A DNA stretch of 63,604 bases, counting the filler, from Octopus bimaculoides (taxonomy: Eukaryota): the NCBI RefSeq assembly GCF_001194135.2. It is 6 parts of 6 records of this genome, joined end to end, with 100 filler letters (N's around TTAATTAATTAA, not from the genome) between each part and the next. Parts side by side here need not be neighbours in the genome. Positions count along the whole stretch, not along the records: positions 62,173 to 63,604 come from NC_068991.1; 5 more parts are not named here. The stretch is one strand, 5' to 3'. The notes below the pieces were generated by a model, which was not told where the DNA came from, searched no databases, and saw only the letters and a program-made list of their open reading frames with translations. Position numbers and translations under genes: made by a program. Shown here piece after piece: positions 63,131 through 63,604 of this stretch (positions are counted from its first letter, which is position 1; each line of letters begins with the position of its first letter).

Positions 63131-63563
63131 AGGTCCGGAAGGACTCCCCAGACGCTTTCGATATCACCATGGGAGCCCCAGATTCAGCTCAGATAACTGA
63201 CTTAGTGGGCATATATTTGTTTTCATACAAACAGGAAACTTGAACTCATCAATAAAAACCTACGCAAATTCTTTAAAAGATTCGGACTAGCCATTTCCAT
63301 AGAAAATGAACACACCTCCATAAATTACTTAGACGCAAACTGCAACCTAGCCACAGGACTTCGTGAACCTTACATAAAACCAAGCACTTACCTCAAATAT
63401 AAAAACGCATCCAGTAACCACCTGCTATTCCTTAAGAGAGGCTTAGTACATAGCATAAGCAATAGAATATCACGCCTCTCCTCTAACCAGGATATTTTTA
63501 ATAAGCATAAGGAAATCTATATCACACTACAAAAAGCAGGATTCAACCATAAAATTAAATATA
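63131..63563 (+). mobile_element. Naiad-type Penelope-like element, RT C-terminal fragment
   Basis: FDITMGAPDSAQITDLVGIYL, FKRFGLAISIE..INYLD..L.TG..PYIKP..SNH..ISNRISRLSSN..F, matching the FDVTMGS.DGAE..ELVG.Y signature I recall for N-terminal-endonuclease PLEs. Confidence 0.75.
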
Positions 63564-63604
63564 TATACATATATATATATGTGTGTATATATATATATAT
63601 ATAT

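Overview
AT-rich, gap-containing eukaryotic DNA with no convincing intact host gene. The tRNA-headed SINE families and the microsatellite load look like an Octopus (coleoid cephalopod) genome; this is recognition, not a database result. Almost all interpretable sequence is transposon-derived: an internally deleted piggyBac, a mariner relic, two hAT MITEs with 8-bp TSDs, a decayed Ty3/Gypsy element with LTR and PBS, several Penelope-like elements (PLEs, including a Naiad-type RT fragment), a nest of R4/Dong-type retrotransposon pieces in (AAT)n, CR1/L2- and RTE-type LINE fragments and more than 20 SINE copies. Most ORFs in the supplied track are microsatellite or N-gap artefacts. Two signals stand out. 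(1) At 56224-57303 a ~360-nt non-coding unit is repeated in tandem and head-to-head; three of the four copies carry a type I hammerhead ribozyme motif, which suggests a retrozyme or viroid-like circRNA-forming element. (2) At 37665-40777 a PLE with inverted pseudo-LTRs has a Ulp1/C48-like cysteine protease region upstream of its RT, and hammerheads with a compensatory U3-A8 core. About ten further hammerhead-like motifs mark PLE tails. All RNA folds were derived by eye. The TTAATTAATTAA spacers inside N gaps mark scaffolding joins, so adjacency across them is uncertain.
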